Shown one piece after another: positions 24,700 to 33,206 of a stretch of DNA of 64,000 nt. This stretch comes from Candidatus Oxydemutatoraceae bacterium. Its GTDB lineage: Bacteria; Pseudomonadota; Gammaproteobacteria; Poriferisulfidales; Oxydemutatoraceae. The stretch is taken from positions 1,280,001 through 1,344,000 of the forward strand of contig CBDCOZ010000003.1 in NCBI GenBank assembly GCA_965220085.1, given 5' to 3'. The notes below the pieces were generated by a model. It did no database searches and was not told where the DNA came from. It saw only the letters and a program-made list of their open reading frames with translations. Both the position numbers and the translations under genes were made by a program. Each line of letters opens with the position of its first letter. Position 1 is the stretch's first letter.

Positions 24700-25898
24700 A
24701 TGGTTCATAACATGACTTTTAACATGACTGCTAATTCTTTCATCTGCGCGGGCGCGGTTCAAACCTTCTGCGGAAGGCTAAAAACTTGCGCCGCGCTTTT
24801 TAACGCCGCGCAGTGTCGAACAGGAGCGTTAACGCACGTTTATAGTACCCCCCCCCCCCCCCCCCCCCTCGCCTCTTAATATTTAGCAGGGTTTGCGCGG
24901 CGATAACGCTCGCTTGCGCCCTCTTTGCGAACAACGCACAAGCGCATCCCGACACTTGCGACGAAGGCGAAGCCGCCGTTGTCGGAACAACCTTTTGCGT
25001 CGATTCCGCCCGGCTGGAATTTCTTGACTGGTGCGAGACACAAAACGGCACACGCACTGCATCCTCATTTGATGTCGGCGAATGGTTTTGCACTCTTCCC
25101 CTAGGGGAGCGCACGACGGTGTGCGGCGTGTTCCGGGATGCGGGGGCTGACGCAACCAACTCTTTTTGCGAGAGCACTCCGATTGCCGGACAGTCAAGGG
25201 CAACCCAATGCTCCGCCGCAAAGCCATACTCCGCCGAGTTTCATATGTGCGCGTGTCCGCCGGGGCAGGCCGAGTCCGACGGCGCTTGCGCGCCGTGTCC
25301 GACCGGAAAACTGGAGTCCGAGCGCGCCTGTGTCGACTCTTGTCCGACCGGGAAATTGGCATCCGACAACATTTGCGTTTCGCAATGCCCGCCGGACAGG
25401 GTTGAAGCCGACGGCGTCTGCGTTGCCTGTTCGGCAGAGCAGAAAGTGTCCGACGGCGTTTGCGTTTCGGAATGTCCGCAGGGGCGGCTGACGGACGGGC
25501 GCGTTTGCCGAACCGCCTGCCTGACGGGGAAAGTCCCGCTGGATGGGGTCTGCGTTTCGCCGCAGGAAAAGTGCGAAGGGAGAGGATGGACTGCATACGA
25601 GGTACTCGGAGTACCCACCTGCGAAATTAGGTATCGCGATGCGGCGGATGCGGCGGGTGTGCCGGCCACTGTCTGCCACCTTTCGCTCTGCAACATTCAC
25701 TTCGGCCCTGATTTGGAATTTCCGCAAAGGCCGGCGGACGGCAGCAGTCCGGTTTATGTTTACAACTGCGACCCGGACGGAACCACCGGGCTGGTTCCCG
25801 CGACTTTCGCCGATGGTTCCACGGAATGCGCTCGCCAAGAGGCGCACCGGCGCTTACAACTGCGCTTGCGCCTCTTTCTGGAAGGGCCGTTGCGGTAA
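24700..25898 (+). CDS. Secreted furin-like Cys-repeat protein 4 with LRLRLFLEGPLR tail; frameshifted at the poly-C tract
   Basis: GAGG plus ATG 24700; C21 at 24848-24868; body frame is open through 24876 (LIFSRVCAAITLACALFANNAQA) but has no ATG before its signal peptide. Confidence 0.85.
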
Positions 25899-26034
25899 TA
25901 CCTTCCGATTATCCTTCCCCCGCGGGCGCGGGCAAAACGCAGTGCGGCGGTTGTCGGCGGACGGCCCGCCGGTCGGCCTGAGCGAGCGTATCGGTTGCCG
26001 TGCGCTTGGGTTTGCGGCGCACCCACGCACACAT

Positions 26035-28311
26035 CTAAGGAGCTTGGTGACGCCAATATTTGCGTTCTGCCCGACGCCAGGCAACGACATCAATCGGCGC
26101 GCCCGGCGTTGCGCTGAGGCTGATCATGCCGTCTGTCGCGGTGTTATAAATCTTGGCGCCGCGATAGCGGGCAAGAACATCCGGAAACGGAAAGCCGAAG
26201 TGATTGCGGTAGCCCGAAGTCACGACCGCGATGGAAGGCGAGACCGCGCGGACAAATTCCGCCGTCGACGAGGTGCGGCTGCCGTGATGCGGCACCAACA
26301 CCACGTCGCTTGCAATGCGCGGATGGGCGATGAGGCTGCGCTCGGCGGCGGCTTCGATGTCGCCGGTCAGCAACAGCGAATGTTGCGAGTTTGAGATGCG
26401 CAAGACGCACGATGCGTTGTTGCCTTCCCATTGCGCATCGATGGCCGGATGCAATATCTCAAAACTCACGCCGTCCCAAGTCCAGAACTTCCCCTTCTCG
26501 CATTGCCGCATGGCGGTCGCAGCCGCTTCGCCGCCCAACTCCTCTTCGATGCGGATATTTTTGCGGATGGCCTCCGCGCTGCCGGCGTGGTCGTTATCGC
26601 TGTGCGATACGATCAACGTATCCAAAGTGTCGATGCCGAGCGAGCGCAGATAGGGAATGCCCACCGCCTCTCCCGTATTAAAGCCGCTGCGAAAGGCCGG
26701 CCCGGTATCAAACATCAATGCGCGCTTCTGCGTTCTGACCACTACCGACAGCCCCTGTCCGATATCCAGAAAGTCCGCTTTGAACTCGCCGAACTCCGCG
26801 CTGTCCGCATGCGGGTTCGCTAACAGCGGCAACAGCAACAGCAACGCAAACAGCCTGTGCTTGACTTCCACCAACGCGAACGGCAGCAAGATTCCGGCCA
26901 GCGCAAACCCGAATACCCACCACGGCGGCTGCCAGAACCACTCAAGGTCGAGGGCATAAAACCATCCAATCAGCTTCCAAAATACCGAGAACAGCCAGTC
27001 CGCCACAGCGAGCGTCCAATCGGCGAGCGCCGACTCTTTGCCGACCCACAATGCGCCGACGGCCAGCAGACACGCCGGCAACAGCAAGAGGCCGACGAAG
27101 GGAACCGCAATTACATTGGCAAGCGGCGAACCGAGCGCGCCGCGCGAAAAAAGCAGCATCGCCACCAAACCCATCGCGAGCGACAGATAGACTTGCAACA
27201 TCCCCCATTGATACCACCGCTTTTGCGGCGGCATATTGGAGACATAGAAAATGATCAGCGCCACGGCGATAAACGACAGCCAAAATGACAGGGATAAGGT
27301 CGCCAGAGGATCGTATGCGAGGACGGCAAGCAATGCGATTGCGAACAGTTGCGACATCGGCAACCGCCTGTGCAACTGCCAGCCGACGACAAAACAGGTC
27401 AGCATGATCAGCGCCCGTTGCGTAGGCAACGAGAAGCCGGCCAGCAAGGCGTAGCCAATCGCCACCGGCAGCGCGCCCCACAGCGCGGCGAGATACGCCG
27501 GATACTGCGTCCGCACCAACAGCGTCCGCGACCACAGCGCGCGCAGAATCAGCACAAAGAAACCGAACACAAGATTGACATGCAGGCCTGACACCGCGAA
27601 CAGATGACGGGTGCCGGTGCCGACGAGCTTATCGTTTTCTTTCCGCGGCAAGGCGCCGGCAAAACCCAGGCCCAGCGCCGCGATAGATTCGCCGTGGTCG
27701 AGCGAGCGCCGCTGCGTGAGGTCGCCGATCAACTCTTGCCGCAGATGACCGGGACTCCATCGCGCGGGCGGCGTATCCAGAAGCCGGTAGTCACGAACAT
27801 AACCGCTGCCGCCGATGCGTTTTGCGAACAGCCACTTTTCGTAGTCAAACAATCCCGGGTTGGCATAGCCGTACGGACGTTTGAGGGTCGCCGTCAGTTG
27901 CAATCTGGAATGCAGGCGAATGGGCTCCTCGGCCTGGTAAATCTTCAGCGACAAACGCTCGGGCAATGCGCGGTTGGCATCCTGATCGGGTCGGAATATA
28001 AACGAATATCCCTCAATATAGCGCTTGGGTATCGTGACCACTTCGCCGCTAAAGTCCAATGTCCGCCCCTCCGCCTCGGCGGGCAAAATATCGTCCGCAT
28101 GCATGACCGCGACCAGCGCCGTCCAGCAAAAACCGACGATCCATGCGCCGCAGATTCTGCTCAAATGCGACGGTATCAAAATGATAGCGCCGCCGATGAT
28201 AGCGAGCACAAACAACAACGGCGGCGGCAACGGCGGCAGTTGCGGCAAACCGTGCAGCGCCAGATTGCCGACCAGAAATGCCGGCACTATCAGATGAATC
28301 GCCGCAATCAT
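26035..28311 (-). CDS. comEC: DNA uptake competence protein ComEC/Rec2
   Basis: NPGLFDYE, HLFAVSGLHV, DIGQGLS, SHSDNDHAG, HHGS. Confidence 0.95.
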   Translation of the reverse strand: MIAAIHLIVPAFLVGNLALHGLPQLPPLPPPLLFVLAIIGGAIILIPSHLSRICGAWIVGFCWTALVAVMHADDILPAEAEGRTLDFSGEVVTIPKRYIEGYSFIFRPDQDANRALPERLSLKIYQAEEPIRLHSRLQLTATLKRPYGYANPGLFDYEKWLFAKRIGGSGYVRDYRLLDTPPARWSPGHLRQELIGDLTQRRSLDHGESIAALGLGFAGALPRKENDKLVGTGTRHLFAVSGLHVNLVFGFFVLILRALWSRTLLVRTQYPAYLAALWGALPVAIGYALLAGFSLPTQRALIMLTCFVVGWQLHRRLPMSQLFAIALLAVLAYDPLATLSLSFWLSFIAVALIIFYVSNMPPQKRWYQWGMLQVYLSLAMGLVAMLLFSRGALGSPLANVIAVPFVGLLLLPACLLAVGALWVGKESALADWTLAVADWLFSVFWKLIGWFYALDLEWFWQPPWWVFGFALAGILLPFALVEVKHRLFALLLLLPLLANPHADSAEFGEFKADFLDIGQGLSVVVRTQKRALMFDTGPAFRSGFNTGEAVGIPYLRSLGIDTLDTLIVSHSDNDHAGSAEAIRKNIRIEEELGGEAAATAMRQCEKGKFWTWDGVSFEILHPAIDAQWEGNNASCVLRISNSQHSLLLTGDIEAAAERSLIAHPRIASDVVLVPHHGSRTSSTAEFVRAVSPSIAVVTSGYRNHFGFPFPDVLARYRGAKIYNTATDGMISLSATPGAPIDVVAWRRAERKYWRHQAP

Positions 28312-28380
28312 GCTTGCCAGCCTTGCATCGCGTATACTAAAATCATAAGTCGTGATTCAACTCCGCACTCGGCAGACAGC

Positions 28381-28893
28381 ATGAACAAGAAATGGCTTAA
28401 GAAAAAAATCGTTCGCCACCGCTTGGACAGCCATCCGCAACTATCCAAATTCGGCGGCATATTCAAGCAACAAGAGCTCTGGCACATCAACCGCCGTTCG
28501 ATTCCCATCGGCGCCGCCATCGGTCTGTTCTGCGCTTTTCTGCCGATACCGTTTCAGATGGTTCTGGCCGCCGCCATCGCCGTCATCGTGCGCGGCAATA
28601 TTCCGGTGGCGGTAATCCTAGTGTGGATATCAAATCCCCTGACTTGGGGACCGATTTACTATGCGTGTTATAAAATCGGACAAACGGTATTGAACATGCC
28701 GCCGGTGCCGTTTTCAAGCCAATCCAATGCCGAGTGGTTTGCCTCAAACTTCGTCAATGTGATGGGGCCGATGACTTTGGGCGGCGTCATTGTCGGCGGC
28801 ATCGCCGCCGCCGCCGGCTATGCGGTCGTCACCCTCGTCTGGCATTGGAACATCGTCGCGTACAAGCGCCACAAGCGCCGCCGCGACCGCTAA
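28381..28893 (+). CDS. DUF2062 membrane protein
   Basis: LWHINRRS..AIGLFCAFLPIPFQM..WISNPLT; lies between lolD and comEC. Confidence 0.88.
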   Translation: MNKKWLKKKIVRHRLDSHPQLSKFGGIFKQQELWHINRRSIPIGAAIGLFCAFLPIPFQMVLAAAIAVIVRGNIPVAVILVWISNPLTWGPIYYACYKIGQTVLNMPPVPFSSQSNAEWFASNFVNVMGPMTLGGVIVGGIAAAAGYAVVTLVWHWNIVAYKRHKRRRDR

Positions 28894-29500
28894 GCCGCGC
28901 GGCGCAAGAAGCCGTCTTCCAGTCGGCAGACAGAATTCGCCAGACAGAATCCAGCCGCGCGGCAAACTCGCGATCGCGGGTCGCGACGACCAAGGCGATG
29001 CCTGTCTCGTGATTGAGCCGAATCATCTGTTCGGCGACATCGCCGCCGCGACCGGTTATGCGGTCGTCACCCTCGTCTGGCATTGGAACATCGTCGCTTA
29101 CATGCGCCACAAGCGACGCCGCGACCGCTAAGCCGCGCGGCGCAAGCAACCGTCTTCCAGTCGGCAGACAGAATTCGCCAGACAGAATCCAGCCGCGCGG
29201 CAAACTCGCGATCGCGGGTCGCGACGACCAAGGCGATGCCTGTCTCGTGATTGAGCCGAATCATCTGTTCGGCGGCATCGCCGCCGCCGCCGGCTATGCG
29301 GTCGTCACCCTCGTCTGGCATTGGAACATCGTCGCTTACATGCGCCACAAGCGACGCCGCGACCGCTAAGCCGCGCGGCGCAAGCAACCGTCTTCCAGTC
29401 GGCAGACAGAATCCAGCCGCGCGGCAAACTCGCGATCGTGAGTCGCGACGACCAAGGCGATGCCGGTCTCGCGATTGAGCCGAATCATCTGTTCGGCGAC
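28795..29500. repeat. About 3 x 238-bp tandem duplication of the convergent DUF2062 and lolD 3' ends
   Basis: HKRRRDR* stops at 28893, 29131 and 29369. Confidence 0.92.
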
Positions 29501-30055
29501 ATTGAGCGCGTTCTTGTGATCCAACTGGCCGGTCGGCTCATCGGCGAGGATGATGTCGGGGCGCATGACCAGCGCGCGGCACACCGCCGCCCGCTGCCGT
29601 TCGCCGCCCGACAGTTGATGCGGCTTGTGGCGCAATCTGTCTTGCAAGCCGATTTGCGCCAGCGCATCGCGGGCGCGGGCAAGCGATTGCTTCGCGCTGT
29701 GTTGCGCGATGCGCAAAGGCAACGACACGTTTTCCAGAATCGTAAAGTCTCCCAGCAGGTGATGAAATTGATAGACGAAGCCGATGTGCCGATTGCGATA
29801 ACGGCACAACTCCGACTCATCGATCCGCCCCAAGTCGCGACCGGCCAGCATCACCTGTCCGTCATCGGGCGTATCCAGTCCCCCCATCAGGTGCAACAGA
29901 CTGCTCTTGCCGGAACCGGAAACGCCGGTGATCGCAACGCTCTCCCCTTTGCCGATGGCGAGGTCGATGCCTTTCAGCACGGCCACCTTTTGCCCGGCGG
30001 CGCCGAAGCTCTTCGTCACCGAGCGGCATTCAAGAATGTGTTGCGCGTCGCTCAT
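29366..30055 (-). CDS. lolD: Lipoprotein-releasing ABC transporter ATPase
   Basis: GVSGSGKS, GFVYQFHHLL, LSGGERQR, ADEPTG. Confidence 0.95.
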   Translation of the reverse strand: MSDAQHILECRSVTKSFGAAGQKVAVLKGIDLAIGKGESVAITGVSGSGKSSLLHLMGGLDTPDDGQVMLAGRDLGRIDESELCRYRNRHIGFVYQFHHLLGDFTILENVSLPLRIAQHSAKQSLARARDALAQIGLQDRLRHKPHQLSGGERQRAAVCRALVMRPDIILADEPTGQLDHKNALNVAEQMIRLNRETGIALVVATHDREFAARLDSVCRLEDGCLRRAA

Positions 30056-30058
30056 CGC

Positions 30059-31321
30059 TCAGTTCGCCTTCAAGACTTCCGCCGGACGGATACGCGCCGC
30101 TTTCCACGCCGGATAAATCGTCGCGCCTACGGTCAGGATGAAAGTCAGCGATGCCACGATGATCACATCCTCGGCCAACAATTGCGACGGCACGCGCGTA
30201 ATCGGATAGACATCCGGCGACAGAAACCTGAAACCAAACGTATCCTCCAACGCGCGGATCAGCGCTTCCAGATTGCCGGCCAAGGCGATGCCGCCGGCGA
30301 CGCCGAGGGTGTTGCCGAGGATGCCTATCAGGCAGCCTTGGGTGATAAAGATCCGCATCACCTGCCGCGAACGCATGCCGATAGTGCGCAGAATCGCAAT
30401 GTCTCCGCGCTTTTCCATCACGACCATCATCAGCATGGACACGATGTTAAACATGGCGACGACGACAATCAGAAGCATGATGATCAGCAACAGCAATTTT
30501 TCCATTTCCAGCGCGCGAAAAAAATTGCGATGGCTTTTCGTCCAATCGCTGACCCAATAATCGGGGCCCAAGCGGCTCCGTAACTCGCGGGTAATCCGCG
30601 GCGCGGCCAGAATGTCATCAATTTGCAGGTGCAACGCGCTGATATGTCCCCGCTCCATGCGCGCAATTTTGCCGACATCATCCAAATGCATCAGCGCGAT
30701 ATAGCGGTCAAACTCGGACAGACCCGACTCAAAGATGCCGCTGACATGCAAACGGCGCATGCGCGGAATCATCCCGGCAGGCGTTGTCATGCCCTTGGCG
30801 GTCATCACCGTCACCCGGTCGCCGACGCCGACGCGCAGGTAATTCGCCAGCGAGGAACCGAGCACGATGCGGTATGCGTCGGGTTGCAACTGCGCCAGCG
30901 AACCGGTCACGACGCGCGCTTCTATCGCCGCGGCGCCGCTGTCGGCGGCGGGCAGGATGCCGCGCAGATAGGCGCCGCTGACGCGCTCGCCATTGACTAA
31001 GATCCCCTGCGTTTCAACAACCGGCGCGGCGGCGATGACATCGTCGCGCTCTTCCAGCGCGCGTTGCAGAGGTTGCCAATCGCGCAACACCCCGCTTGGG
31101 CTTGCGGTGACCATATTGTGCGAGAGCATGTCCAGCATGCGGGCGGTGATCTCTTCGCGAAAGCCGTTCATCACCGACAGCACCGTGATGATGACGGCGA
31201 CGCCGATGGCGATGCCGAGAATCGATATCAGCGACACCATAGACACGAGATAGCCGCGCTTTTTGCTGCGGATATAACGCCAGCCGATCAGGTATTCAAT
31301 CGCGCTCACTGTCTTTGACAA
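30059..31321 (-). CDS. Lipoprotein-releasing ABC transporter permease (LolC/E family)
   Basis: VLSVMNGF, EK..IAILRTIG, TIYPAWKAA..P; start codon uncertain. Confidence 0.93.
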   Translation of the reverse strand: MSKTVSAIEYLIGWRYIRSKKRGYLVSMVSLISILGIAIGVAVIITVLSVMNGFREEITARMLDMLSHNMVTASPSGVLRDWQPLQRALEERDDVIAAAPVVETQGILVNGERVSGAYLRGILPAADSGAAAIEARVVTGSLAQLQPDAYRIVLGSSLANYLRVGVGDRVTVMTAKGMTTPAGMIPRMRRLHVSGIFESGLSEFDRYIALMHLDDVGKIARMERGHISALHLQIDDILAAPRITRELRSRLGPDYWVSDWTKSHRNFFRALEMEKLLLLIIMLLIVVVAMFNIVSMLMMVVMEKRGDIAILRTIGMRSRQVMRIFITQGCLIGILGNTLGVAGGIALAGNLEALIRALEDTFGFRFLSPDVYPITRVPSQLLAEDVIIVASLTFILTVGATIYPAWKAARIRPAEVLKAN

Positions 31322-32306
31322 TCTCGGTGATCTCTATCGCAATTGTCGGCTGCGCTTGCGGCGACAGCGGCATGCTCTCGCCGTACAGATCGCCGGGCTG
31401 TTTCCGCGCCCCGCCCGATTTTGAGACGCGGGCAATCACGGTGACCGGATCAAAGTGGCGCAATGTCATCGCCGGCATCATCGCATCGTCGCTGCTCAGA
31501 CTGACTCTGGCGGGCAGGTCGGCGACGGTCAAGCGTTTGATCGCAAGCGGCATCGGCGGGCCGTTTGCGGCTCTGGCGTAGACAAACACCGTGTCTTCCG
31601 CCGCCGCTTGCGGTTGCAAGTGCGCGGCCAAAGCGACCGTCACGGTCACGGTCACAACCGGCATATCGGCCGCGGTCGGCGGGGCATCGGAGCGCAGCTG
31701 CTCGGCTTCGGCGATCTGTCGGTCCAACTCCGCTGCGATCTCAGAACCGTCCTCGACATTGCGCCGCAGATAGCTCCAACGATTCACCGCGCCCGAATAA
31801 TCCTCTTCTATAAAAGAGGCAAAGCCGCGCAACCAGAGCCCGCGCTCGTTATTCGGCGATACCGCCAGCGCTGCGTCCAGCAAGGCAATAGATTGGGAAT
31901 CAAACCGCTCTCCCGATGACAGGAAGATGGCTTCGGCATAGGCAATCTTGTCTTCGGGCATCAACTCACCGCTCGCCTCGGCCTGCTCGTAAGCGGCGAC
32001 CGCCCGCTCGTAGCGCCCGGCGAAGGCGCGCATCTTCGCCAGCATCCCCCAGTCCTCGGCGCTGCCTCCGTTTTCCGCCAGATAGTCTTCAAAATCGGCG
32101 AGCAACTGCTCCTGATATATGTCATCGGCCATCGTGACAAAATGGTAATAGGCATCCGACCAATACAGATAGAGCGCGAGGCCGGACGCCGCGACCAGAG
32201 CGCCGATGGCGACGGCGACCCGCTTGCGCAAGCGCATGCTCAGAAACAGCGCGATGACGACAATCGCCAGCAAGCAACCGATGCCAATCAGCAGCATTTG
32301 CATCAT
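31296..32306 (-). CDS. ccmI: Cytochrome c biogenesis TPR protein CcmI/CycH
   Basis: Membrane anchor, TPR-like helices, VFVYARAANGPPMPLA C-terminal domain; last gene of the ccm operon. Confidence 0.85.
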   Translation of the reverse strand: MMQMLLIGIGCLLAIVVIALFLSMRLRKRVAVAIGALVAASGLALYLYWSDAYYHFVTMADDIYQEQLLADFEDYLAENGGSAEDWGMLAKMRAFAGRYERAVAAYEQAEASGELMPEDKIAYAEAIFLSSGERFDSQSIALLDAALAVSPNNERGLWLRGFASFIEEDYSGAVNRWSYLRRNVEDGSEIAAELDRQIAEAEQLRSDAPPTAADMPVVTVTVTVALAAHLQPQAAAEDTVFVYARAANGPPMPLAIKRLTVADLPARVSLSSDDAMMPAMTLRHFDPVTVIARVSKSGGARKQPGDLYGESMPLSPQAQPTIAIEITEIVKDSERD

Positions 32307-32686
32307 CCCTCCCGTTGTTGTTTTGCGATGCGCCGGAACAAGACCGCCAGCGCGATCAAGAGCACGGCAAAAGGCGCGAGCCACAGCGCGTAGGTCTGCG
32401 GTTTGAAGCGCGGCTCATAGAGTATGAAATCGCCGTAACGCTCCGATGCAAACAGCTTGATCTCCTCGTCGCTCGCGCCCTCGGCGATCATCCGCCGCAC
32501 CGCCGCGCGCAGATCGGAAGCCAAGCCCGCCCCCGACTCCGCCAGCGATTGATTCTGACAGACCAGACAGCGCAGTTCTTTTAGAAGGCTCAGGTAACGT
32601 TGCTCTTCGGCGGCGGACAAGTCGGTCGCCGCCAGCGCCGGGCAGACGCCGAGCAACATCACACAAAGGCACAGCCGTTTATACAT
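32303..32686 (-). CDS. ccmH: Cytochrome c biogenesis protein CcmH
   Basis: LRCLVCQNQSL, RYGDFILYEP. Confidence 0.95.
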   Translation of the reverse strand: MYKRLCLCVMLLGVCPALAATDLSAAEEQRYLSLLKELRCLVCQNQSLAESGAGLASDLRAAVRRMIAEGASDEEIKLFASERYGDFILYEPRFKPQTYALWLAPFAVLLIALAVLFRRIAKQQREG

Positions 32687-33206
32687 CGGATAACTCCTCC
32701 AGCAAGGGGCGCAACCGCTGTTCCAATATCGTTTCATCGATCGGCCCGATATGTTTATAGCGTATGATACCCGCGCGGTCTATGACGAAGGTCTCCGGCA
32801 CCGCATAAACGCCGAATTCTATGCCGACCTTGCCGTCGGTATCCGCTATGCTGAAGTCATACGGGTCGCCAAACCGCGCAAGCCACATCGTCGCATCCTC
32901 GCGGCTGTCTTTGTAATTGATGCCATAGACCCGATAGCGGTCGTCTTCTGCTAATTCCAGCAGGAACGGGTGCTCGTCGCGACACGCGATGCACCAACTC
33001 GCCCAGACATTGATAACAGCCGGCCCGCGCAAGTCGGCATAGCCGACGCTGCGCTCGGGGGCTTGCAAGTCGGTCGCCAGAAACGCCGGCAGCGGTTTGC
33101 CGATAAACGGCGACGGCACCAGCGACGGGTCGCGGGTCAGGCCGACAGCGAGCAACGCGACCAGCGATGCAAACACGACGATGATCCAAGCGAAGCGATT
33201 CATCAT
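32679..33206 (-). CDS. ccmG: Thiol:disulfide interchange protein DsbE/CcmG
   Basis: NVWASWCIACRDEHP, GVYAVPETF. Confidence 0.95.
   Translation of the reverse strand: MMNRFAWIIVVFASLVALLAVGLTRDPSLVPSPFIGKPLPAFLATDLQAPERSVGYADLRGPAVINVWASWCIACRDEHPFLLELAEDDRYRVYGINYKDSREDATMWLARFGDPYDFSIADTDGKVGIEFGVYAVPETFVIDRAGIIRYKHIGPIDETILEQRLRPLLEELSDV

Noticed and set aside
16300-25900. Diversity-generating retroelement or integron cassette array
   Set aside because: No reverse transcriptase or integrase, no template/variable pair differing only at adenines, no attC-type ends, and each gene has its own promoter.
28790-29478. Small ORFs inside the 238-bp triplication
   Set aside because: Chimeras of antisense lolD and the DUF2062 end created by the duplication.
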